From: Chthoniobacteraceae bacterium
Lineage (GTDB): Bacteria; Verrucomicrobiota; Verrucomicrobiia; Chthoniobacterales; Chthoniobacteraceae
NCBI GenBank assembly: GCA_040081625.1
Contig: JBEBGD010000062.1
Span: forward strand, 1 to 32,972
DNA: 32,972 bases
Direction of reading: 5' to 3'
In this document: positions 9,352 to 24,933 of the stretch, in pieces
Layout: each line of letters starts with the position of its first letter
How positions within the stretch are numbered: position 1 is the first letter of the stretch
Made by a program: the position numbers and the translations under genes
The notes under the pieces: generated by a model
What the model was told of the DNA's origin: nothing
The model's database searches: none
What the model saw: only the letters and a program-made list of their open reading frames with translations

Positions 9352-9809
9352 TCTCCTTCTGCTTCTTCATCTTCATCTTCTTCATTGTTGCTCCGCACGA
9401 TACTCCGTCTCGTCCTCCGCAAGCCTGCACCCGTATCGGTCGAGAAGTCCGAGCATCATCTTTACGATTTCTTCCAGCGTCTCCTTGCCGGTAGCCGCCA
9501 GATCGCGGGCCACGCGCCTTTTGGCGACAAGCACGTCGAGGGCAGCCGCGCATTCCAAAGCGGAGCCGTGCGCCATTTGAAAAAAGCGTGCACGGTCGCG
9601 ATTGGAGAACTTCCCGTTTCCCTCGGCGATGTTCAGCGGAACGCTCGTCGAGGCGCGGTCGAGTTGATCCTTCGCGGCGACTTTAGGGAGGGTCTCAAGT
9701 AGCGGTTCGAGCCACGCAACGAATTCGATGCTGCGCTGGTAAACGATGAGTTTTTCGTGGGCGAAGGGCATGGGAGGGAAGCAGATGAAGATGAAGAAGC
9801 AGAAGGAGA
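9352..9809. mobile_element. Inverted-repeat-bounded four-helix-bundle cassette (IVS-like)
   Basis: Arms 9352-9383 and 9778-9809 form a 32-bp inverted repeat with one mismatch and bracket the four-helix-bundle ORF. Mobility is inferred. Confidence 0.6.
9382..9771 (-). CDS. Four helix bundle protein (23S rRNA-IVP / TIGR02436, Avd-like)
   Basis: HEKLIVYQRS...KDQLDRASTSVPLNIAEGNGK...RFFQMAHGSALECAAALDVL is the family consensus. Start at ATG 9771, or at the in-frame ATG 9828 coupled to the upstream stop. Confidence 0.93.
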   Translation of the reverse strand: MPFAHEKLIVYQRSIEFVAWLEPLLETLPKVAAKDQLDRASTSVPLNIAEGNGKFSNRDRARFFQMAHGSALECAAALDVLVAKRRVARDLAATGKETLEEIVKMMLGLLDRYGCRLAEDETEYRAEQQ

Positions 9810-9824
9810 GGGAGCGCTGCGCGC

Positions 9825-11165
9825 TCATGTGTAGCGGGCGTTCTGGTGTTGCGGCAGGAAGAAGGCGTGCAGGATCACATCGACCTTGAGCAGCGCCTGG
9901 CGGTCGAGCACGAGCCAGTCACCCTGTTCGGCGATCATCTCGCGGCGCTTGAGTTCGGCGAACTGCTGGTTGAAGCGCTCGCACAGCTCGACGCCGAATT
10001 TATCGCGGAAGTAGCTCTGCGAAACGCGGCCGAGTTTGAGCTGGAGGATCAGCTCGCGGATCATGCGTTCTTCCGGCGTGGTCGGCAGCGCGCGTCCGAT
10101 CGGGAGTTCACCGCGATGGACCGCTTCGGTGTAGCTCTCGAAGTCGGGCAGGTTTTGAAAATGAACGCCGCCGACGTGGCTGAAGCTGGCGACGCCAAGC
10201 CCGAGCAGGTCCGCGCCTTTCCACAGCTCGTCGCGATAGACGAACTTCGTCTTTTGCGGATCGCGCACCGCAGTCGTGGTGCTCGTGACGGTGTAGCCAT
10301 TCTGCTCCAGCGCCGTGAACGCCTCGTCCACCCAGCGGCGTTTCGTGTGCCAGTCGGCCACGGGTGCGACGAGTTTTCCCTCGGCCTTCATCTGCTGGTA
10401 GATGGTCGTGTTATACGGGATCTCCATCTGGTAGATCGTCACCGAGTCGGGCTGGTGCTCGATGGTCTTCGCGATGTTGCGCTGCCAGTTTTCGTCCGTC
10501 TCCTCGATCATGCCGGCGATGAGGTCGATGTTGATCTGCGGGAAGCCGATGCTGCGCGCGTAGCTGTAGGCGCGGTAAATCTCGTCCTCGCGATGCGCGC
10601 GCCCGTTCACTTCGAGGATGTGCTTGTCGAAGTTCTCCACGCCGAGCGAGAGCCGCGTGACGCCGATCTCGCGAATCGCGGCGAGCTTCTGCTCGGTCAG
10701 CGTGCCCGGCTCGGCCTCGAAGGCGACCTCCTCCGCGTCGTCCCACGGGTGTAGCGCCTTCATCCGATCGGTCAGCGTCTTGAGCTGCGAGACGGAGAGA
10801 TAGCTCGGCGTGCCGCCGCCGAAATAGACGAACTTCGGCCGTCGCCCCGCCATGCGCGGCGTCGCCGCGTAGCGCTCATACTCGGTCATCGCCGAGTCGA
10901 TGTAGCCCTTGATCTCGTCTGCGTTCTTGTCGGTATAGACGCGGAAGTAGCAGAAGTGGCAGCGCTTCCGGCAGAACGGGATGTGGAAGTAGATACCGAG
11001 CGCGTTGTCGGCGGGCGCGGGCTTTTCGAGGATTTCGCGGACACGGGCGATCGTGGCGTCGTCCTTCTGCCAGAACGAGAAGGGCGGGTAGTTCGCGACG
11101 AAGTAATTGCCGGCGGTGGTTTCATCGCCGTCGGCGAGCAGGAGGTCGAAGTTTTCGGTGTTCAT
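9825..11165 (-). CDS. HemN-like (class C) radical SAM protein
   Basis: YFHIPFCRKRCHFCYF CxxxCxxC, YFGGGTPS, RLSLGVENFD and NIDLIAG, plus a HemN-type C-terminal domain. Confidence 0.92.
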   Translation of the reverse strand: MNTENFDLLLADGDETTAGNYFVANYPPFSFWQKDDATIARVREILEKPAPADNALGIYFHIPFCRKRCHFCYFRVYTDKNADEIKGYIDSAMTEYERYAATPRMAGRRPKFVYFGGGTPSYLSVSQLKTLTDRMKALHPWDDAEEVAFEAEPGTLTEQKLAAIREIGVTRLSLGVENFDKHILEVNGRAHREDEIYRAYSYARSIGFPQINIDLIAGMIEETDENWQRNIAKTIEHQPDSVTIYQMEIPYNTTIYQQMKAEGKLVAPVADWHTKRRWVDEAFTALEQNGYTVTSTTTAVRDPQKTKFVYRDELWKGADLLGLGVASFSHVGGVHFQNLPDFESYTEAVHRGELPIGRALPTTPEERMIRELILQLKLGRVSQSYFRDKFGVELCERFNQQFAELKRREMIAEQGDWLVLDRQALLKVDVILHAFFLPQHQNARYT

Positions 11166-11266
11166 TTGGGAGCGGCGGCGACGGTTGCGCACCTCGGGAC
11201 GGGTGGCAACGAAAAAGTATGCACACGTATTATCTCGGCCCGCGCAGTTTCTCTGCCTTCAGTCCC

Positions 11267-11340
11267 CTTCTTCATCTTCATCTGCTTCTGTTTTCGCTTT
11301 AGCTTTCTCGACCGCGGTGAAGCAGATGAAGATGAAGAAG
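11267..11340. repeat. ORF-less palindrome of the GAAGCAGATGAA family
   Basis: Perfect 22-bp inverted repeat cttcttcatcttcatctgcttc (11267-11288) / gaagcagatgaagatgaagaag (11319-11340) with a 30-nt spacer. Confidence 0.92.
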
Positions 11341-11408
11341 CAGGATGAGAGGCTTGCCTCATCCCGGTTTTGGTGAATCTGACTTCGAGTCAGCGAGAGA
11401 TCCTGTGC

Positions 11409-11642
11409 TTAGAGGACGCGCAGCTTTTCCTCGGTCCCATCGCCATGACGGAGAACCAATGCTCCGCCGGCGTCCTGATGTTCCAGGACGAGGTCGAACA
11501 GAGCCAGTGAGCGACGGATGACTTCAGTCAGCGATGTGGCGTTGCTGCGCTGCTCGAGGTCCTCGAGCAGTTCTTTCACCGTCGGATTCACTTCCAAGCT
11601 GATGCGCGCTTTTTCTTTTGCGGCTGTAGCTGGCATTTCCAT
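11409..11642 (-). CDS. Ribbon-helix-helix (CopG-like) DNA-binding protein
   Basis: RISLEV beta strand, then helices TVKELLEDLEQRS and SLTEVIRRSLALFD, and a C-terminal beta hairpin. Confidence 0.75.
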   Translation of the reverse strand: MEMPATAAKEKARISLEVNPTVKELLEDLEQRSNATSLTEVIRRSLALFDLVLEHQDAGGALVLRHGDGTEEKLRVL

Positions 11643-11889
11643 GTGTTGTCCACCAGAGGCTGAACAGGTCAGCAGTGGTGAACAGGACGTATCCGAACCA
11701 AGGAGCGCGGGCGACGGCGATGATAGCGATGCCGATGGCGAGTGCGAATAGATGCCCGAGGGCTATCTTGTTCTTCCCGGTGGCGCCGCCGAGGACCACA
11801 GAAGTGATTCCGGCGTATTGCTGATTCTTCGCCGCCAGACGGTCCTGTGCGGATTGTTTTGATGTTGCTCTAGTTTCCTTCGCGGCCAT
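11524..11889 (-). CDS. Hypothetical small membrane protein (overlaps the RHH gene)
   Basis: 121-aa ORF with the hydrophobic segment IALGHLFALAIGIAIIAVA. Its 3' 119 nt overlap the RHH ORF, so the C-terminus is doubtful. Confidence 0.4.
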   Translation of the reverse strand: MAAKETRATSKQSAQDRLAAKNQQYAGITSVVLGGATGKNKIALGHLFALAIGIAIIAVARAPWFGYVLFTTADLFSLWWTTHGNASYSRKRKSAHQLGSESDGERTARGPRAAQQRHIAD

Positions 11890-12265
11890 TCGTCGAGTTG
11901 GGATCGACGAACAGCTGCAAAAGCAAACAGGAGGCGAACGCGATTTTTTTAGTCACGTGCGTCGTCGAGTTGCCCGAGCCGTCCAAAGCACGCGACATCG
12001 TCAACCGTCGGACGGGCGCGCAGGAGGTGGGTGGTTGGAGGTTGTTGATTCATACGCGTTGGTAGCTGGGGATTCTGGTCGCTGCTTTCATCTTGTCCGT
12101 TAATGCATCGACGGAGTTACGGAGAGGTTGCCTCCGATGTCCGCCGATCGTGTCGTGTGGCCTTGCGTTGTTCATGTTGTCAGTCCCAACCGCACGGCAC
12201 GCGAGCGATCAGGCTGGTGAACAAATACACCACAATTTTCCCACAGCAACGTTTTTCATCTGGAA

Positions 12266-12689
12266 TCAAAACGGCAGGTGCATGGCGAGCTTCACGGCGC
12301 CGGCGTAGTCGCGTTTGCGGGTGCCGCTGAAGCCGCCAAAGGAAAAGAGATCGCCCCATTTCCTGCGCAGCAGGTCCACGTCGCGGCGCTCGGTGGCGAG
12401 GGTGCGGAACGCGGACTGGCCGCCGCGGCCGGTGAAGGACTCGCGCTGGCAGAAGGTGTAGCGGCAGTCCTTCACGCAGAGGCGGTGCTTCCACGCGTTC
12501 ATGGCGGCGATGTCGAAGTCGTCCTAGGCGGCGTTGCGTTCGTCGAAGCGCAGGCCGTGGCCGCGCAGGAAGCCCATGGCGCAGCCGTTCACGTAGCCGG
12601 TGAGCATGATGGGCTTGAGGCCGGTGTAGTAGCGGAGCGCGCCGTTACTGGCTTCCCAGCCGAAGTAGAACGCGCCGACGTCGCGCCGC
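12266..12689 (-). pseudogene. 5'-truncated, nonsense-interrupted phage-type glycosyltransferase (TET-associated GT/GREB1-like) remnant
   Basis: ORFs 12524-12871 and 12266-12502 share one frame and are separated by a single TAG at 12524-12526: RDVGAFYFGW...GHGLRFDERNAA*DDFDIAAMNAWKHRLCVKDCRYTF...GRGGQSAFRT...DLLRRKWG. The family call is from recalled motifs. Confidence 0.6.
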
Positions 12690-13793
12690 CTACTTCGCCG
12701 GACCGCCGATCGCGTAGAGCACGCCGTCTTCCGCGCCGACGACGATGAGCCCATCCGCCGCCGCGGGCGAGGCGACGATCGCCGCGCCGATCTCGTAGGC
12801 CCAGCGCTCCTGGCCGTCCGCGATGCCCACGCAGTAGAGCCGGCCATCGCCCGATCCGAACACCACGGCATCGCCGCAGATCACCGGCGAACTGTCCACT
12901 TCCTCGCGCGTCTGGAAGACCCACGCCGTCTTTCCGCCCACGCGGTCGATGCAGTGCAGGCGCTTGTCGCGGCCGCCGATGATGACGTGGTCGTCGGTCA
13001 GCGCGGGCGAGGAGTAGTAGGGGAAACTCCGGTCGCGGTAGCGCCACAGGATCGTCCCGTCGCCGGGCGCGAAGCCGATCACTTCATTCCCGTAATGGCC
13101 GACGTAACCCATCTCGCCATCGAACGCCGCCGAGCCCGCGATGTAGGCGCCGGACTCGAATTTGCGCACCTCCTTGCGCTGCTTGAGCGACACGACGTGG
13201 ATGAAGGCGTCGCATCCGCCGAAGACCACGTCGCCCGCGGCGGTGATGCCGGGCGTGCCGTTGATGTAATTGTCCGTCTCGACCGTCCACAACATACTGC
13301 CTGTCGCAGCATCGACGACGTGGAGCATCGCGTCGTAGCTGCCGATGACGATCCACATGCCGTCGCCGTCGGGGTTCTTCGCGTAGTTCGCGCCCCCGAG
13401 GATCTTGTCCATCGTCTCGTATTTCCACTTCAGCGCGCCGGTCGCGGCGTCGAGCGCGTAGAGGAAATTGTCGGACGAACCGATGAAGACGACGCCATCG
13501 AGCATGAGCGGCGCGGCTTCGATCGGCCCCTCGGTCTTGAACGTCCACAGTTCCTTGCCGTCGGCGAGGCTCAGCGCGTGGATGATGCCTGCGTCGTCGC
13601 CGACGAAGACGCGGCCTTGCGCGATCGCCGCGGGCGCCTTGATCGGCTTGCCGGCCTTGAAGCTCCAGCGCAGCTCGGGCTTCGCGGGAGCGGGCATTGC
13701 GGCGCGGCCCTGGAGTTGCGGGTTGCCGCGGTGCATGGGCCAGTCGGCGGCGAAGGCAGGCAGCGCCGCGAGGAACAGCGCGAAACGAATCAC
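12690..13793 (-). CDS. Secreted PQQ-binding-like (BamB-like) beta-propeller protein
   Basis: GTG start in GTGA overlap with the ADH stop; signal peptide followed by ADWPMHRGN; repeated GSxD..LYALD..G...W blades. Confidence 0.9.
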   Translation of the reverse strand: MIRFALFLAALPAFAADWPMHRGNPQLQGRAAMPAPAKPELRWSFKAGKPIKAPAAIAQGRVFVGDDAGIIHALSLADGKELWTFKTEGPIEAAPLMLDGVVFIGSSDNFLYALDAATGALKWKYETMDKILGGANYAKNPDGDGMWIVIGSYDAMLHVVDAATGSMLWTVETDNYINGTPGITAAGDVVFGGCDAFIHVVSLKQRKEVRKFESGAYIAGSAAFDGEMGYVGHYGNEVIGFAPGDGTILWRYRDRSFPYYSSPALTDDHVIIGGRDKRLHCIDRVGGKTAWVFQTREEVDSSPVICGDAVVFGSGDGRLYCVGIADGQERWAYEIGAAIVASPAAADGLIVVGAEDGVLYAIGGPAK

Positions 13794-14935
13794 AGCGCCT
13801 CCTCGTAGAGCCGCGCGAAATCCGCGGCGGTGATCGGGCGCGGATTGAACTGCGCGGTCCATTGCTTCGCGGCCTCCTCGGCGAGCGCCGGGATCGCTTC
13901 GCGCGTGACGCCGAACTCCGAGAGCCGCACGCGCAGCCCGGCCTCGGCGAGCTCTTCGCTGAAGCCGGTGACGAGTTCGCCGACCATGTGCAGGCCGACG
14001 CTCGCGGCCAGTTCGGCGTAGATCGCGGCGGCTTCCGGCAGCACCGCGTTGAAGCGGATCACGCCCGGCAGCATGAGCCCCACGGCCTGGCCATGCACGA
14101 TGTCGTGATGCGCGGTGAGCGGATTCGCGGCGGAGTGCGCAGCGCCGAGCATCGAGTTCTCGATCGCCGTGCCGGCGAAGGCCGCGCCGATTTGCATGCG
14201 CGCGCGTGCGTCGAGATCGTCGGGATCGGCGAGCACGCGCGACAGGCTCGTGAAGCAGAGCTTGAACGCCTCGCGGGAAAAGACGGCGGAGATTCCATTG
14301 CGCTTGCGCGTCACCGCGGTCTCGAGCGCGTGGGCGAGTGCATCGATGCCGGTGCAGGCGGACACTCGCGGCGGCTGCGAGAGGGTCAGGAGCGGATCGA
14401 GGATCGCGACTCGCGCGGCGACCTTCGGGTCGAGGCACGCCATTTTCTGGTGCGTCGCGGGGTCGGCGATGAGCGCGGCACTCTGGCACTCGCTGCCGGT
14501 GCCCGCGGTGGTCGGGATCGCGATGAGCGGGAGCATCGGCTGGGTCGCCTTGCCGACGCCCCAGTAGTCCTTCATCTCGCCGCCGTTGGTGAGGATGAAG
14601 TTGCAGCCCTTGGCCGTGTCCATCGAGCTGCCACCACCGAGGCCGACGAGGATGTCGCACTTCGCACTGCGCGCTGCTTCCACGCACTGCGCCACGTCGT
14701 CGGTCGTCGGGTTCTCATGCACGCGGTCATACACCTCCACCCGCAATCCAGCCGCGGCGATGAGTTCCGCCGCACGACTCGCGTGCCCGGCGGCGACGAT
14801 GCCGGCATCGGTCACGAGCAGTGCGCGGCGACCGCCGAGCTCGCGCGCGACTTCGCCGACGCGATCGAGGCTGTCGGGGCCGAAGATCAGCCGGGTGCGC
14901 GGCTGCCAGTCGAAGGCGAAAGGGACGGATTGCAT
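13790..14935 (-). CDS. Iron-containing alcohol dehydrogenase
   Basis: GLGGGSSMDTAK, IPTTAGTGSE, GIDALAHALE, GAAHSAANPL and HGQAV metal ligands. Start MQSVPF at 14935. Confidence 0.93.
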   Translation of the reverse strand: MQSVPFAFDWQPRTRLIFGPDSLDRVGEVARELGGRRALLVTDAGIVAAGHASRAAELIAAAGLRVEVYDRVHENPTTDDVAQCVEAARSAKCDILVGLGGGSSMDTAKGCNFILTNGGEMKDYWGVGKATQPMLPLIAIPTTAGTGSECQSAALIADPATHQKMACLDPKVAARVAILDPLLTLSQPPRVSACTGIDALAHALETAVTRKRNGISAVFSREAFKLCFTSLSRVLADPDDLDARARMQIGAAFAGTAIENSMLGAAHSAANPLTAHHDIVHGQAVGLMLPGVIRFNAVLPEAAAIYAELAASVGLHMVGELVTGFSEELAEAGLRVRLSEFGVTREAIPALAEEAAKQWTAQFNPRPITAADFARLYEEAL

Positions 14936-15074
14936 GGATGCGATGAGACTGGCGAGGCCAGCGCAACGTTCAAGCTGCACGAGCCCGCGAGTCTTAGCCG
15001 GCAATACCAAGTCTCGGAAAATACCGGGTCGATTCACTCCACAGCCCGCGGAAATATTTCATCAGGAGCAGCGG

Positions 15075-15245
15075 GTTGGTTGTGTCCTGGAGCTTCTCCA
15101 CCACAGCGGTGTCCGGCGAATGAAACTCGCATGCCGTCCCCAGCGAGAGCAGCCGCACTTTGGAGTCGGCGAAGCGCCTCCTCACCTTCGCGCGCTCGCC
15201 CGCACCGAGTGTCGGCTCGACACCGTGCTTGTGCGTCGTGCGCAA
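15075..15245 (-). pseudogene. Fragment of a sugar-phosphate isomerase/epimerase (xylose-isomerase-like TIM barrel)
   Basis: LRTTHKHGVEPTLGAGERAKVRRRFADSKVRLLSLGTACEFHSPDTAVVEK resembles the N-terminal part of PVC AP_endonuc_2-family proteins. There is no recognisable family sequence on either side. Confidence 0.55.
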
Positions 15246-15343
15246 CGATGATCGATGGGTGGGGGCGGTAGTTCCGCGAGTTAGCCGCCTCCGCCTTCGT
15301 ATGGCCATCCCGGCAAGCCCGAAATATTCGGGCAAAAATCTAC

Positions 15344-15371
15344 TTGCCAAGGTCGCGAAGCGCGCCAGCTT
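15344..15371 (+). promoter_or_regulatory. Possible sigma70-type promoter for rpoBC
   Basis: TTGCCA (15344-15349), a 16-nt spacer and CAGCTT, preceded by an A-rich tract. Weak match. Confidence 0.25.
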
Positions 15372-15464
15372 GCCCGTCCATTTTTCCGCTGGAGTTCCTG
15401 ACACGGCTCCACGCGCCGCACCGTCATTCCGTTGCAGCATACCGTCACCAGCCAAGATCATTTT

Positions 15465-15523
15465 CGCAGAGACCCCGAGACGCAGAGCTTTCCAGCAAGG
15501 CTCTGCGTCTCGGCGTCTCTGCG
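15465..15523. repeat. REP-like palindrome with 8-nt periodic arms (CGCAGAGA)
   Basis: cgcagagaccccgagacgcagagc (15465-15488) / gctctgcgtctcggcgtctctgcg (15500-15523), 23/24 complementary. Confidence 0.85.
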
Positions 15524-15647
15524 TGTTCGACGCGGGACGGCGGACTGACGCACGGCCAGCCAACACCATCTCAATTCCCGTCCGAATGGCTCCGTCGCGG
15601 ACCGGGAAGCATCGAAATCGACGAGCGAATTGAGCGACTCACACCCT

Positions 15648-19457
<3,810 letters not shown>

Positions 19458-19496
19458 TCCAAACCCCTTCGCTAACCACTAACACAGACTACTTAT

Positions 19497-23642
<4,146 letters not shown>

Positions 23643-23674
23643 TCCCCGGCGTCCACGCCAACAAACCATCCGCC

Positions 23675-23711
23675 GCGGGCCGGGAGCGAAAGCTTCCGGC
23701 CCGTGTGCTTT
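23675..23711 (+). terminator. Hairpin terminator between convergent rpoC and the kinase gene
   Basis: gcgggccgggagc-gaaa-gcttccggcccgt stem with a GNRA loop, followed by gtgcttt (weak U-tract). Confidence 0.65.
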
Positions 23712-23717
23712 CGGCGA

Positions 23718-24845
23718 CTACACCACCGGCAGCGCGGGCAGCGCGACTTCCACGGTCGTGCCGATGCCGACCTTGCTCGTGAGCGCGATGTTGCCGCCGT
23801 GGGATTCGGCGACGCTCTTCGCGATGGACATGCCGAGGCCGCTGCCTTTGCTTTTCCCGAAGGTCACGAAGGGCTCGAAGACCTGATCGATCATCTCGGG
23901 CGCGATGCCGCAGCCGGTGTCGCCGATTTTGAAGACGACGCGGCCGCCTTCCTGCCGCAGGCCGATGCGCAGGATGCCGCCTTTCGGCATGGCTTCGATG
24001 GCGTTCTTGGCGAGGTTCATGAGCACGCGCGTGAAGCGGCCGAGATCGACGTTCACGTCGTCGGCGAAGCGGATGTCGAGCACGAGGTGGATGTGCGCCG
24101 GGAGCGTGTTGATGAATTGGTTTTGCAGCTCCTGGATGACGGCGCGCGCCGGGTGCCGCTGCATCTGGAGGCTCGACTGGCCGCGGGCGAAATCGAGGAG
24201 CTCCTGGACCATGTCGCTGAGCTGGTCCGCGGCGCGCCGCATGATGCTGGTGAACTCGGCGACGCTCGCATCGGGCACGCGCTGGTCGATCAAGTCGTTG
24301 CACGAGACGATCGCGGTGAGCGGGTTCTTCATGTCGTGGACGATGGAGTTGGCCATCGAGCCGACGAGCGAGAGGCGCTCGTTGCGCATGAGTTCGGTGA
24401 TGAAGTGAGAGTTCAGCCCGCGCAGTCGCGCGACGACCGAGCGCAGGAAGTTCATGTGCAGGGTGCGCGGCGCGTTTTCGAGGATGCGGCCGAAGGTGGC
24501 GGCATCGACTTGGCCGAGCACGGTGGGTCCGGCGGCGCTGGCCTGCGCGGAACGCGGCTCGCCGTCGATGAGCGACATCTCGCCGAAGAAATTGCCGGGC
24601 TGGATGAATTGCAGCGTCTCCTGGTTTCCGCCGCGACCGAGCTTGGAAATTCGCACGCTGCCGTCGACGACGAGGTAAAGACAGTCGCCGGGGTCACCTT
24701 CGTTGAAGATGATGTCGTCGGGATCGAAGCGCAGGAGCGCCATGTCGGCGCCAAGTTCGTTGACGAGTTCGCTCGGCACGCCGGCAAAGAGGCTGTTCCC
24801 CTGGAGCTGCGAGGAGTCGGGAGCGTGGTCGAGTCTGGCGGGCAT
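23718..24845 (-). CDS. Cyclic-nucleotide-binding-domain sensor histidine kinase
   Basis: cNMP domain (IFNEGDPGDCLYLVVDGSV, FFGEMSLIDGEPRSA), H-box IVHDMKNPL, N-box NLAKNAIEAM, and G-boxes DTGCGI, GSGLGM. Confidence 0.92.
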   Translation of the reverse strand: MPARLDHAPDSSQLQGNSLFAGVPSELVNELGADMALLRFDPDDIIFNEGDPGDCLYLVVDGSVRISKLGRGGNQETLQFIQPGNFFGEMSLIDGEPRSAQASAAGPTVLGQVDAATFGRILENAPRTLHMNFLRSVVARLRGLNSHFITELMRNERLSLVGSMANSIVHDMKNPLTAIVSCNDLIDQRVPDASVAEFTSIMRRAADQLSDMVQELLDFARGQSSLQMQRHPARAVIQELQNQFINTLPAHIHLVLDIRFADDVNVDLGRFTRVLMNLAKNAIEAMPKGGILRIGLRQEGGRVVFKIGDTGCGIAPEMIDQVFEPFVTFGKSKGSGLGMSIAKSVAESHGGNIALTSKVGIGTTVEVALPALPVV

Positions 24846-24933
24846 GGCGGCGCTTTGAAAAAGCAGCCGAAGTGCCCGGGGCGATGCTCGTTTTCGCTGG
24901 CAGCGTGTCGAAAAACTCGACGCCTCGGTGGTT

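Noticed and set aside
9382..9771. Diversity-generating retroelement, given the Avd-like protein
   Set aside because: No reverse transcriptase and no TR/VR pair differing at adenines is visible in the window.
9344..9828. Precise excision of the cassette fusing ATG 9828 in frame to the lyase gene
   Set aside because: Removing 9352-9809 leaves 19+7=26 nt before the lyase ATG, which is not a multiple of three.
11890..12265. tRNA, rRNA or known ncRNA in the non-coding patch
   Set aside because: No cloverleaf or conserved rRNA/riboswitch motif recognisable by eye; an Rfam search would be needed to exclude one.
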